A DNA stretch of 64,000 nt from Octopus sinensis. Taxonomy: Eukaryota. Made by a program: the position numbers and the translations under genes. A model generated the notes under the pieces. It was not told the DNA's origin, did not search any database, and worked only from the letters and a program-made list of their open reading frames with translations. The stretch spans positions 17,174,001 to 17,238,000 of the forward strand of contig NC_042998.1 of assembly GCF_006345805.1 (NCBI RefSeq), in the 5' to 3' direction. Shown here in pieces: positions 1 through 12,439 of the stretch (positions within the stretch are counted from its first letter, which is position 1; the number at the start of each line of letters is the position of its first letter).

Positions 1-6
1 ATATAT

Positions 7-40
<34 letters not shown>

Positions 41-60
41 ATATATACATACATTCATAT

Positions 61-117
<57 letters not shown>

Positions 118-984
118 ATAACATATGTAAGCGTATAATGATTAACAAATGCCATAGAATGATCGATATATTTAACCAGTTTTTAGAAATGAGTTCACTT
201 ATACTTAAAAAGATATATCTAAGGAACAAATGAGTTCCAAGTGTCTTATTTAAGCTCCATTGCCTTCATTTTAGCAAATATATAAGTGTAACAATACACT
301 CTTCTAAGTTTATTCAATTCAAGTTTTATGTAAATAATATCTCGTGCATAAGGAAAAAAACGTGATAAACATATAACATTATCAAGTAATCACAGATTGC
401 ATAACAACCGAATCGTTTAACAGCCTTGGCAAAGTCTTACGTTATCTACAAACACAACATACACAAGTATATGCAAATATATACAAATTATATGCTTACA
501 CATGTGTAAATGTATGTGCATATATGCATGTTCGTATGAATACATACATACAAATTCATATACCTAAAAGAAAATGTAAGAACCATGATAGATTCAAGTT
601 ACCCTGCTGATGGAAATATGTTCGAAAACAAACAAAAAATAGGACTAGGAACATCTGCTTTCAAACCTCCAGGTTCCATGTAGAGACTTTAAATTCACAT
701 TTATTTGTAATAATTGGTGCACTTCATGTTGTACAAGCAATCATAAGTGACAAACTTGACATGACGGAGTTTTCTAAAACAGAAGGAAACCAGGGACTTC
801 TCACATTACAAATCTAATCTGCAAATGGAACAATGAAAATTTTCTTCAATTTAAAATGTGAATTTGCTTTTGTTATATTGATTTCAGAGATGAAGCTTTG
901 TATATTCGTTGGGCAGATGATGATGAGGGTATGTTGGATTCTTGTTATGGCTGGGAAATATTATTATAACACATCTGTTTGATA

Positions 985-1140
985 TATATATATAGTTAAT
1001 CCAAACAAGAAAACAGAAAAAAACATAACTCAGGAAAGAAGGGAAGAAGCAGGGTTAAACGTTTCGAGCGGAGCTCTTCGTCGGAAACATAGGAGAAGGA
1101 AAGATCCCCAGCAGGGAAGTCAGAGGTCTGTCTTTTACTG
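985..1140 (-). mobile_element. PLE-type terminal repeat fragment with degenerate hammerhead-like motif (about 1053-1090)
   Basis: The minus strand reads TTT-CCGACGA-A-GAGC-TCC-GCTC-GAAA-CGTT and runs out into a (TA)n tract at about 983-993. A related motif occurs at 28458-28490 and 13390-13418. Confidence 0.55.
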
Positions 1141-1239
1141 CTTGTTTTGTACTATCGTTACTGTCCTGTTTTTGTTACTATTTTTACCCCTCTGCAAAAA
1201 GATCTCAAATTTTATTTGATTTGCTTTTCGCAGGAAGGA

Positions 1240-1663
<424 letters not shown>

Positions 1664-2824
1664 GCATAATCAAGGCAGATATGTGTGCGTGCGTACACAG
1701 GGCTTCTTTGCTTAAGGTGAGAGAATCACTTCTATGTTATTTTAAGTTTTTATGTTTCAAGGTGGAGGTTGATTTTTCTTTCTCGGTGCTTGAAAAATAG
1801 ATGTTTTAGGGAAAAAAAGTATGCATGATTTTTCTTATGATTCTTATAATATCAACTGAATATTCGAGTCGGGTTCCATTTAATCTTCTTTAAGGCTCGT
1901 CAGCACGGTTAATTCGAGATTTGAAAGTTTTCTACATTTTTCTCTTTTAGGATTTAAACCAGTCCATTTAAAGTCATTTAAGAGTTGAAATTAATCGATA
2001 TGTTTCTTTTACTGTTTTTTTTTTATATAGAAAAGAAAGGATGATCAAGAGAGACAGAGAAAGAGACGTTCCTTAAAACATTTTTCTAAAATAGTTAATG
2101 TGAGATTGTGCGCATGTCGCTGTTCATAACTTGGGTTGACAATTATTAATATATCAAAATTCATATAATACAGGCGAAATCATATGGATTAGAGAGTATT
2201 AGATGAAATTGATAAATTTGCATTCTCTGAAACTAAAAAGTGCTGCAAGAAATGGATCTCAGTCAAAATATTGCTCAAATAATTTGACAGAATATACGAT
2301 TCTGATATCGTATATTTATATATGTATGCCTGTTCCAGTACACTTCGTGCATGAATCTCTGTTGCACTGAATTTATTTGAGTGTGTGTGTGTGTGTACGT
2401 CGTTGTATGTATTGACGTGTCCCAAATTTAAATCGTATCATTTGCTGCTAGTGTATTATTGATGAAATCTTAGAGTTGCATTATTTTGACAATATAGTAC
2501 TTCTATGGTTATGTTTTGAAATTAAACAAGTACACCGTGCAGATTTGTGATAACTGCATTGTAGTGATAGATGCAGTAGAATTTTGATAGCAATCATGTT
2601 GAAGAATCGTTGGATGTTTTTTACATTTTATAATAACATGTAATGCTAAAACAAATGAGAAGTTAATATTAATTTAAAGTCATAATAAAACTTTTAAAAT
2701 AAAAATTTCTAATCACGACATGGAAATATATATTGTTTATACTGTGCAACAATGTATTCAATATAATATTTATGATATCGTTTCCATTATTCCACTGAAG
2801 ATATATTCTGCAGTGACTATAAGA

Positions 2825-3025
2825 CCGTGATCAAGCAGAATCGTTAGCATGGCGGACAAATTGGTTGGCTGTATTTCGTTCATATTTACGTTCTTAGTTC
2901 AGATTCCACTGAAATCGAGTTTGCCTTTTACAGTTTCGGGACCATTCAATAGGTACTACTCAATCACTGGGGTCGATGTAATCGGCTGCCTCTTCCACAA
3001 AATTTCAGGCCTTTTGCTTTATTAG
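2825..3025 (+). mobile_element. Degenerate tRNA-derived SINE (family B: GCAGAATCGTTAGCA...GTTCAAATTCC...GGGGTCGAT)
   Basis: Aligns by eye with the better-preserved copy at 25190-25370 and the inverted copy at 3045-3195. Confidence 0.6.
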
Positions 3026-3044
3026 GAAGGATTATTACTGATTT

Positions 3045-3195
3045 CAAATTTTAGCACAAACCCCACACTTTTCGAGGAGTGGCTAGTAGGTTATATCGAC
3101 CCCCAACTTATTAAATACTTATTTTGTTGACCTTGAAAATAGGAAAGGCGAAGTCGAGCTCAGCGAAATTTGAACTCAGAACATTAAGACTGTCT
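3045..3195 (-). mobile_element. Degenerate SINE family B fragment
   Basis: Contains AAAGGCGAAGTCGAGCTCAGCGAAATTTGAACTCAGAAC, the reverse complement of the family B head/core. Confidence 0.55.
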
Positions 3196-3879
3196 CTTAT
3201 GGCCTTACTCAGAATAGGCAGTGTAAATGCACTTGGTCTCCTATCACTGAGAAAGTAGGTCCTCCTGATCTACGACCACGGATTACTAAATATAGATATA
3301 GTTGTGGTAGTTATCAAAGTGTTTCTAAGCACATGACTTTTCGACCATCTTCAGTAAATACAAAATCAATTCATCCACATGTCGTCCAAGAATAGGAGAA
3401 CACACCAGCTGTTTTGTTTCAAAATTGTCTCTATCTGAAGACACGTATCTTATTTTTGGATCCAAAAGGTAAGTTATTGTTTAAGAATGTGAACAGTACC
3501 AAAGGGATTGTCTCCCAGTTGTTAAGGCGTGTGCTGATATCTCTAGGACACTAAAGTTCTTCGGTGCTAATGGATGAGAATTTGGACGAGAACCACCAGA
3601 TTGCTCTCTTCTTCAGAGCACTTACTTTCCACGTAAGTTATGATGGTGTTGCTGTTTCCAAAGTGTTATTTTTGTTTGTCTATTATTAATTTTACTCGCG
3701 TGTCTATCTTAGTAGAAACTAATGGATAAAGAAATGAAACTACATAAACAAACGGCAGCAAAACCATTCGGAAATTAAATAACACTAACATACTCGGTAA
3801 CAATAATAAATTTAATTTATCCTTGACAGTTTTTAATTTTGCCAATTTTGAATATATATCTCTTGTTTAGGAGCTCCTA

Positions 3880-4115
3880 CCTACTTGAGAATTGCATTTC
3901 TAGCCCTGCCTTCACGACAGCTTTACTCCTTGGACTCACGTTCCTGTGCGCAACGATGTTGTTAAACCTCTGTTAACAGCATCGTATGCAGGTCCTTTCC
4001 GTTTTCTTTCGCGCACGGATAAATTATTTACTATAGAACATAATGGTCGTAAAAACACTATATTAGTGGATAGACTAAAAGAGGCCTCCATAGAGAAAAC
4101 TGTCCCTGTTCCTAC
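3880..4115 (+). mobile_element. Ty3/Gypsy integrase C-terminal remnant (GPY/F motif)
   Basis: Translation WTHVPVRNDVVKPLLTASYAGPFRFLSRTDKLFTIEHNGRKNTILVDRLKEA fits the Gypsy integrase tail pattern THVFVRxDxxKxPLxxPYxGPFxVxxRxxKxFxxxxNGxxxxVSxDRLKxA. Confidence 0.8.
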
Positions 4116-4267
4116 AGCAGACATACATGACTACCAGTGGGATCAATCAGGTACAGCACAAAGATTCTGGATTATTTCAGATATTCTCAAATTAAAAACC
4201 ATCTCCAGTTCATTGTTGAGAGAACGTTGGTATTGCATTTGCGGAGGTTTGTGCTCTGTGAGTATAC

Positions 4268-4298
<31 letters not shown>

Positions 4299-5204
4299 CA
4301 TCCTCATCAACATCATCATCATCATCAACATCATCATCATTAGGTTATCACTTCATGATTTACAGGTAAATGTTTAGTTTCTGTTTTATATATTGTTTTA
4401 TATCTTTCAACGCAACAAATATTTTCAAAAATATCTTTTCTCAGATATTACAATCTATACTAATGTGTATGCTTCTTAGGTATTATAAAGAAAACAAAAT
4501 TAATATAGTGAAAAATATGTTGTTATTATTTAATATATCATATAACCCTCCTGTTGATATATATTCAGTAATTTTTGTTTTTAATTATCTTCCTTTCGTT
4601 GATATTTTCCTCTATATCTATTTTGGAATAATTAAAGCACATTGGATTTATGTGTTTTCGTTCGATTTGTTTATCTTGCTAGATTCACTTGAAGTTTGTA
4701 TAATTTATTTATATATGTTGTTGTTTTCTTAAATAACCTAACAACAAATTTAGTATAAATATGAAACTTAGAAATTATTAGCCTTCAAGCTCGAAAATTG
4801 AATATAGACTTGAATAAGAATCAATTTGTAAAAAGGTTGGGGATTATTTCGAGGCTAATATATCACTAGCATTTCCTTTTAAGCCTCTCAGCAATAAACC
4901 TCTAACTGAACTTTTCAGGATTAGTACTTTGAAAATAAATGGAGACGATTAAAACAAACAAACAAAAATATACATTTCACTAGATTTCAAAATTAATCCG
5001 AGTATTTACTGGACTTCAAATCCTCCTGTTTCGAAAAAAATTAGTCGTATTTCAATTAAAAGTTAAGAATCTAAGTAAAAAATTTAATACACACTTAACC
5101 ATCCGTATATATAGAAACACCACCGCCATTTATATGTGTGTTTGTGCGTGCGTGCTTGTGCGTATGTGTGTGTGTATGCACGTGTGTGTCTGTGTGCGTA
5201 CGAT

Positions 5205-5485
5205 GGATTCTCTCGTTGAAGACGACATATGAGCGTTCAGCTTTTGCCGAATGACCTGCTCAAATGATTTCTTTACACTGATCTATTGTATGTGTCATGC
5301 ATTAGCACATTCCTTCCATCAAATCGACGTTGCCTGAACAAGTGGGTGATATGCCTCATGTCAGCTGCCGAAGTGATCACAGAACAAATTAAGATGCAGT
5401 ATTTTGCTCAAGAACTCAACGTACCACCACTCCTAGGAATTGAAACTACGATCCTCCCGATAGTGAATGTAACAACCTAACCACT
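5205..5485 (-). mobile_element. Degenerate tRNA-derived SINE (family C head)
   Basis: TTTTGCTCAAGAACTCAACG...GGAATTGAAACTACGATC...CCTAACCACTA matches the minus-strand SINE at 48985-49237. Confidence 0.55.
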
Positions 5486-5877
5486 ATATTATATATTATA
5501 TATATATATTATATATAGATAAGAAAGTTTGTTTGGTAAAGCACGTGGGTGAATATATAAGAAAATAGTAAAGTGTGAAAAAACGACAGAAGGCTTAAAT
5601 GTTAAAAATATATATATTTGTGTCAAAATGTCTGGAGAATATTGGAAAAATTTTTTTTCCTTTCCTTAAAATGACATAATTTAAAAAATTTTTAAAGAAA
5701 TTACCGGTTTCGCGTGTAGCTTTTCAAATTTCTTGTGACGTTATGTTTATATTGCGTGGAATTATCGTTGTTTTTATTTCCAGGAGATTTCTAAATAAGG
5801 GGAGGTAGTGAGTGATTTTTTCCGGTGTAGGGGAGATAATCGCTTAAAAATTTTTTTTTTTTTTTCCCTTTTCCTTG

Positions 5878-6221
5878 TTAATTTCTCTGTGTCAGTATGT
5901 TCGGATGGTTGAGTCTGGGTTTGTACTTTTCAATGAAGAATGTTTCCTTGTTCAGTCTCATTTGTGTTGATGATCCGAAAGCACATTGGTAAAATGGGAA
6001 GATTAAAAATTGTGGCAGTAGTTGCTTTGCGCATTTCTCAATGTGCTCACTAAAAGGTATCATTCTATATTCTGGGAATGCAATCTGTTGTCGATGCAGT
6101 GTGCATCTGCGCCTGAGTGATAGTCCCGTGGAACCCACGTAGTCTTGGTGGCAGCCCGAGCATTTAATAACATAAATTATGTTTTCAGAGGCACAAGTAA
6201 AGTTAGATTTGATCTTAAATT

Positions 6222-6224
<3 letters not shown>
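5878..6224 (-). pseudogene. Inverted partial copy of the GIY-YIG coding segment
   Basis: Identical translation KFKIKSNFTCASEN...LTQRN on the minus strand, preceded by a poly-A-derived poly-K run. Confidence 0.85.
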
Positions 6225-6252
<28 letters not shown>

Positions 6253-6808
6253 GAACAGCATAAACCCAAATATACAGTTCACAATGGAATACAACCAAAA
6301 GGAGCTCCGTTCTTGGATATACTAATTAAAAAATTAACCTTAAAATAGAAACAGACATTTTTTACAAAGCCACAGACGCCAAACAATACCTTCTTTTTAA
6401 TTCATGCCACCCAAGACACACTAAAACAAACAACCCCTTCAACCTTGCAAGAAGGATATGCACAATAGTGTCAGAACAAAATACCAGGAACTTTAGACTG
6501 CAAGAACTCAAAAACACCCTAATTGACAGACATTACCCAGCTCAACTCATAGAGGATGGATCAGACGTGCAACAGAAATCAACATAGAAACTTTAAGAAA
6601 AGTTCAACACAACAACACACCTTCCCCGAAAATACTACCTTACATATCTACATACAACCCCAGAAACAAAGAAGCCTTCACCATCATCACCCAGAATTTA
6701 CCAATACTTCATAAAAACCCAAAATTAAAGGAAATTCTAAACATACACCAAATCATTAAAAGCTACAAACAGCCTAAATCACTTAAAAAGATTCTCACAA
6801 AGGCAAAA

Positions 6809-7261
6809 TTGTCTTCTAAAATTACGGATGCAAAAGTAAAAAAATGTGGTAGATCGAACTGTGCAACATGTCCTAACCTATTGGAAGGATCAGAATTCTT
6901 CTTTAAAGAGGGACAGAAATTTAAGATCAAATCTAACTTTACTTGTGCCTCTGAAAACATAATTTATGTTATTAAATGCTCGGGCTGCCACCAAGACTAC
7001 GTGGGTTCCACGGGACTATCACTCAGGCGCAGATGCACACTGCATCGACAACAGATTGCATTCCCAGAATATAGAATGATACCTTTTAGTGAGCACATTG
7101 AGAAATGCGCAAAGCAACTACTGCCACAATTTTTAATCTTCCCATTTTACCAATGTGCTTTCGGATCATCAACACAAATGAGACTGAACAAGGAAACATT
7201 CTTCATTGAAAAGTACAAACCCAGACTCAACCATCCGAACATACTGACACAGAGAAATTAA
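6809..7261 (+). CDS. GIY-YIG endonuclease domain of the PLE (fragment of a broken polyprotein ORF, not an independent gene)
   Basis: CGRSNCATC...FTCASENIIYVIKCSGCHQDYVGSTGLSLRRRCTLH...HIEKC...ETFFIEKY shows the IY-x-YVG-xT motif, conserved R/H/E residues and the PLE Cys motifs. Confidence 0.85.
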   Translation: MSSKITDAKVKKCGRSNCATCPNLLEGSEFFFKEGQKFKIKSNFTCASENIIYVIKCSGCHQDYVGSTGLSLRRRCTLHRQQIAFPEYRMIPFSEHIEKCAKQLLPQFLIFPFYQCAFGSSTQMRLNKETFFIEKYKPRLNHPNILTQRN

Positions 7262-7402
7262 CAAGGAAAAGGGAAAAAAAAAAAAATTTTTAAGCGATTA
7301 TCTCCCCTACACCGGAAAAAATCACTCACTACCTCCCCTTATTTAGAAATCTCCTGGAAATAAAAACAAAGGTAATTCCACGCAATATAAACATAACGTC
7401 AC

Positions 7403-7442
7403 AAGAAATTTGAAAAGCTACACGCGAAACCGGTAATTTCTT
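7403..7442 (+). ncRNA. Type I hammerhead ribozyme, U3-A8 core variant (second copy 5695-5734, minus strand)
   Basis: AAGAAAT-TTGAAAA-GC-TACAC-GC-GAAA-CCGG-TA-ATTTCTT: 7-bp helix I, 2-bp helix II, palindromic helix III ACCGGT, GUA cleavage triplet. Confidence 0.7.
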
Positions 7443-7577
7443 TAAAAATTTTTTAAATTATGTCATTTTAAGGAAAGGAAAAAAAATTTTTCCAATATTC
7501 TCCAGACATTTTGACACAAATATATATATTTTTTAACATTTAAGCCTTCTGTCGTTTTTTTCACACTTTACTATTTT

Positions 7578-7649
<72 letters not shown>

Positions 7650-8074
7650 ATATATATAGATATGCGTGTGTGTGTTGTGTGTGTGACTCTGTGTGCGTAC
7701 ATGTATATATATGTATATGTATACATCTACGGGTGTGTAAGTCTGAACCTACGCGTAAACACACAAACTTATAACATTTGCATATTTCGCTGTCTATTCC
7801 ATAGATTATGAAGACATTTAAAGGATTTTCAATATTTATTGCAATCGCATCAGAAGTACCTGCATTTGATCAATCCTAAAGCAGCAAGTAACTCATCCAT
7901 GTATATGAATGAAATCAAGCTGCTTCAAAAACCTAGACCCACTAAATTGCATGAAATAAGTGTTTAACGTTCCATTTATAGCCAAAGCCTGTCGGTGGGA
8001 AATCCAGTTCAGGCAGAATCGAATTATATTACATATGAATCGATGTTTAGTTATTGCAAACGTGTCAAACTCAC

Positions 8075-8400
8075 TTATTTACATTATTTACATTTGACGG
8101 ATATTTGTCCTCAACTTGTTTATTGTTAATACAACGTTTCGGCTGATATACCCTCCAGTCTTCTACAGGTGTCTTGGGGGAATTTCGAACCTGGGTTATC
8201 ATTCCTAAAGTAGTTTTCGATGTTGTTTTTGTTGTTGTTGTTGCTGTTGTTGTTGCTGTTGTTGTTGTTGTTGTTCGAAGGCGATATTTGCGAAATGTTG
8301 TATTACATTTGAATACTGTCCTGAGATCATATGTATCGTATATCCTTTGTATCTCTTCGAAGAGGCCTTTCACATAGGGTAGACAGAAAATCAACAAAGT
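8075..8400 (-). mobile_element. Internally deleted PLE fragment (RT-EN linker plus terminal repeat with degenerate hammerhead motif), interrupted by (AAC)n
   Basis: Translation FCLPYVKGLFEEIQRIYDTYDLRTVFKCNTTFRKY resembles the PLE linker LPYVxGxSExxxR...xxVFK. Downstream: CTGTAGA-AG...CAGCC-GAAACGTT. Confidence 0.7.
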
Positions 8401-9857
8401 TTTTTTTCAGACTACGGAGAAATGGCTTATAATTTTCCCTGTTTATAATTATATGTTACATATATGCGCGTGTGTGTGTGTGTCTGTGTGTCTGTGTTTG
8501 TATGTATATATACACACATATACACAGATTCAGTTGAATAAGGTACTTGAATTTGAGTCACCTTGCTAGGTCAGAATAAAATGTATACAACACAATTACA
8601 GATAAATACCAACCTTAATACAGACGTACTGGCAGAATACATTCGGGTAATGTACGCTGTTAAATGGACCCAGCTTAGTATATAATCTTCTCTTGAGCTA
8701 TTCAGACGTGTACATTTTATTAAATATACAGTTGATAATGTACTTCGGAATACGTGAGGGGTTGTTTCGAGAAAGGTGTATTACAAATAAATAAGTGATA
8801 ATTGAAGGACAGGTGTCAATTCATTACAACCGTTTTGTTTTTAATTGATCAATGAGTACATTATATTATTGATGAATATGTGAATTTTACATTGAAGATA
8901 ATTTTAAATCTACTGAACATGAATATTTAGTGATTCTACGACTGGCTCTTGTTTGTATATATATAAAGACATATGCCCAGGCACTTCGAATCTGCAATGC
9001 TTCTAAGATCGGCTCTATGGTTTTATCTTAATCTCATTTATTCCTCTACATTATTGATCTAATTGCTGTTACATGTATTTGTTTCTATGCATATGATAAC
9101 AGTCCTCATTCCTTTCAACATTTGGTTTCCCTAAGAACTAACCACTTCATTCCCTTCTATAGGCAACCGGACTGTATATAATCTTTCCATTTTAAACATA
9201 TCAAAACTTTGTTAGACTTGATACTGTGATTATATCTCGTGTGATTTCTAAATTAGCCTCATTCTAATTATCAACAGCTTGCCTGCATGCTTTTATAGAA
9301 TTGTGCTGCTGAAAGATCAGACGGCCGTACCTAAGAAACAATCCAGCCAGCACAATGTACATCCCACTTTGTAACGTCCTGGAAGATATAGGGAATTAAT
9401 TCAGAATATTTCAGGCGTGGGAAGAAGAGAGAGTCAAAGCGGGAGAATAAAGATTGATGGGATCGAATCCATAACTACGAGGGATTATTAAAAACCTTAT
9501 CACATCCTGAGACCAAACATCTGTCTTATTGTGTAATCGATAAATACGATTGCATTTGTATGGCTTCCTTTCTCATATTTATAATACCTGTTAAATTAAA
9601 CGAATTCTTGTTAAGTTACAAAACGTCTTTCACGAAGCAAAATGAAGTAATATTTGTAAATAATTTGTGCTACGAAACAAATGGCTATCTTATTATAGAG
9701 CCGAAATCATATCTGTAATTTTACGAGAGCTGAATTTATACCTAGACACGTATGTTCCAAAGAATGCACATCTTCACCAAACGAAATAAGGAATTTCATG
9801 TAGTAGTCAACAGGGTGTACTCAGTGCTTACCGATTTGAAGTGTACATGATCAAATT

Positions 9858-10656
9858 GACAGGCTGGTAGGTAAAGGTAGGTCAGCAAAGGTAGACCTCA
9901 GCGATGAAATTCAACACCGTCTGAAGTGTGCAGGAACAGCTTTCGGCAAGCTTCGAACAAGAGTTTTTGCTGATCGGGACATCCGAACCGAAACCAAACT
10001 CATGGTGTACAGGGCAGTCATTATTCCAACCCTCCTTTACGCATCCGAAAGCTGGACCCGTATAGTCACCACCTGAAAACGCTCGAGAAATTTCACCAAC
10101 GCTGTCTTCGGAAGATCCTCAACATCAGCTGGGAAGACAGAAGAACTAACGTCAGCGTGCTACAAGAAGCAAAAATTACCAGCATCGAAGCCTATGTCAT
10201 CAAAGGCCAACTAAGATGGAGCGGCCACGTTGTTAGAATGACTGACGAACGACATCCCAAACAGATCTTCTACTCCCAACTCAAAGACGGCAAGCGTACA
10301 AAAGGAGGCCAGAAGAAACGCTAAAAGGACTCCCTGAAATCGAACCTCAAAAAGTGTGACATTGACTTCACCAACTGGGAGGAAACGGCAAAAAACAGAC
10401 CACTCTGGAAAACCACCATCCATGAGCGAACGGCGAATTTCGAGTCGAAAAGTTCTGCAGAGCTGGAGGAGAAAAGACGACGGAAGGAGCGCCAACAACA
10501 AGCACGTGCGACTCTCCCTTCCGGCACTAGATGCCCGCACTGTGACCGATCTTTTCGAGCAAGAATTGGTCTTATCAGTCACCTGCGGACTCACCAATAA
10601 ATTTGCGCGCAGACCATCATCCTCGACCTTGAGGGATTGCCATAGTAGTAGTAGTA
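9858..10656 (+). mobile_element. 5'-truncated RTE-clade LINE with C-terminal C2H2 zinc finger, (TAG)n tail and 15-bp target-site duplication
   Basis: Translation SAKVDLSDEIQHRLKCAGTAFGKLRTRVF...YRAVIIPTLLYASESW...LRKILNISWEDRRTNVSVL...QLRWSGHVVRM...CPHCDRSFRARIGLISHLRTHQ, with frameshifts and a stop. TSD GTACATGATCAAATT at 9843-9857 and 10657-10671. Confidence 0.93.
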
Positions 10657-11174
10657 GTACATGATCAAATTAAGGAACCTATTGTCTCTATCGCCATGTG
10701 CAGATTTATAACTAGTATATAGGTAAACAATAAATGCCACATAATTTATAGAAGTCATTTGTTCTAGACAAAGACTACAAGAGGAATTAACACAATGGAA
10801 TTAAGATTGAAACTCATCATGATTTGACCTTCCCTCTGATTAAGAATACAATAACGTGGGCAAATGTAGGCAAATTGATTGAGAATAAATATATCGCTAC
10901 CACAAGAGTCAATGAATAAAAACCTTGACATGTAAAATATTTAAATATCGCGAAATTTTATAGGATATTAGAAATTTGATCTTCTAATGAACTAGGCGTT
11001 GTAGACTAATTGAAATTGATGAAGCGGTTGCCAAAGTCAGTGCGCAAAGAAAATCATGAAGACGTAACAATTATCTTTAGAGTCGAGACACTTAATATTA
11101 TATTTCATCAATATCATGTCTGTACATCAAACCAAATATTCTGCAAATATTATTTTATCAATAGATAATGAGAA

Positions 11175-11199
11175 TAAACACATATATATATATATATGT

Positions 11200-11238
<39 letters not shown>

Positions 11239-11318
11239 TAGATATATACACAAGCATATATATATATATATACTTGTAGGTATATACATATATATATATA
11301 GATGTAGATATATATGTA

Positions 11319-11358
<40 letters not shown>

Positions 11359-11430
11359 TTACAAACACACATATATATATATAGAGAGAGAGATAAACAC
11401 ACACACTTATATATGTGTGCATGTATGTGT
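11175..11430. repeat. Compound (TA)n-rich microsatellite
   Basis: Directly visible. Confidence 0.9.
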
Positions 11431-12408
11431 ATAATGTGAGGAGGTGAGCATCAAAGACGAGCGATATTTACATAGAGAGAGATGCTTAGACATGGACATT
11501 TTGTATGAGTGTTTGTGCGTATACAAGCATATATATATATATATATATATATACTCTCATTTTTTATTCTTTTATTATTTTAAAGGATGTGACTGCGGTC
11601 ATGCTAGAGTACCACCGTGGTTGTACTTTTCATAATTGTAATTTTTCATAGCATTCTTCTTCCTCTGATGTTTCCGGCCTAATGTGATTTCATATAACCA
11701 CACCTGTATGTGGTTTTCTCTTGGTTGTTCCACCACCTATTACTTGTATGAGTGATATAGATACTGATGTCTTCATCTGTACCTCATGTCGGTCCGTTGG
11801 ATTATCTGTTATTGTAGAGAGGAGAATATCTAGTTATTTTTTGAGTACATTCAAGTCCATATTGCGTTGATTTCTTAATTTGGGGCATACATTATATAGA
11901 GGTGCTGATTTGAACCTTAAGCTATTGGATGATCTAGTCCTGCCTTTAGATGTGATGGACGGTATCTTTGGTGCGATACAATGTCATGCAGTACGGGCAT
12001 GTGCGTTACATTCAATGCCGAAATTTTGGGCAGTCATTAAACAGCTGTGGTCCTTTGAACCCTAAGCCATTCGAAACAATGTGTGTGAGTGTGTGTGTGT
12101 GTGTGCGTGAAGGTGCATGGCTTGGTGTCTATGGTGTTGCACTCGCGATTGCGAGATCATGGGTTAATTTCCCATACTGTGCACTGCGTTGTATTCTTAA
12201 GCTAAGCACTTCATTTCACGTTGTTCTGAGATCGTTTCTTCATCTGAAATGTGGCAATAGGGTACCTGTATAGGTAATGTCGATTTGATGGAGTGGGTGA
12301 GCTAAGATACACAAAAAAACATTTGATTACTATAAACAAATCATGCCTGGTTGTTCGACAATAAAATGCCGAACAGTCATACGTTTTCAAACGACGGACG
12401 AGTCCATG

Positions 12409-12431
<23 letters not shown>

Positions 12432-12439
<8 letters not shown>

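Larger units (their letters stand above)
5515..7586 (+). mobile_element. Penelope-like retroelement: 3' part of RT plus GIY-YIG endonuclease and 3' terminal repeat, with an inverted duplication of about 670 bp of its 3' end, embedded in (TA)n
   Basis: 6253-6800 translates, with frameshifts, to NSINPNIQFTMEYNQKGAPFLDILI...ETDIFYKATDAKQYLLFNSCHPRHTK...LARRICTIVS...LPYISTYNP, typical of the PLE RT C-terminus and linker. 5553-6224 is the near-perfect reverse complement of 6915-7586. Confidence 0.93.

Noticed and set aside
3240-3660. Possible pogo/Tc1 transposase remnant on the minus strand (VLLFLD-like)
   Set aside because: Only one short motif, many stops, and no consistent DDE spacing.
11948-12040. 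Candidate exon with GMCVTFN, resembling the DEG/ENaC GxCxTFN motif
   Set aside because: In-frame stop shortly after the motif, no good donor site, and no other channel-like exons.
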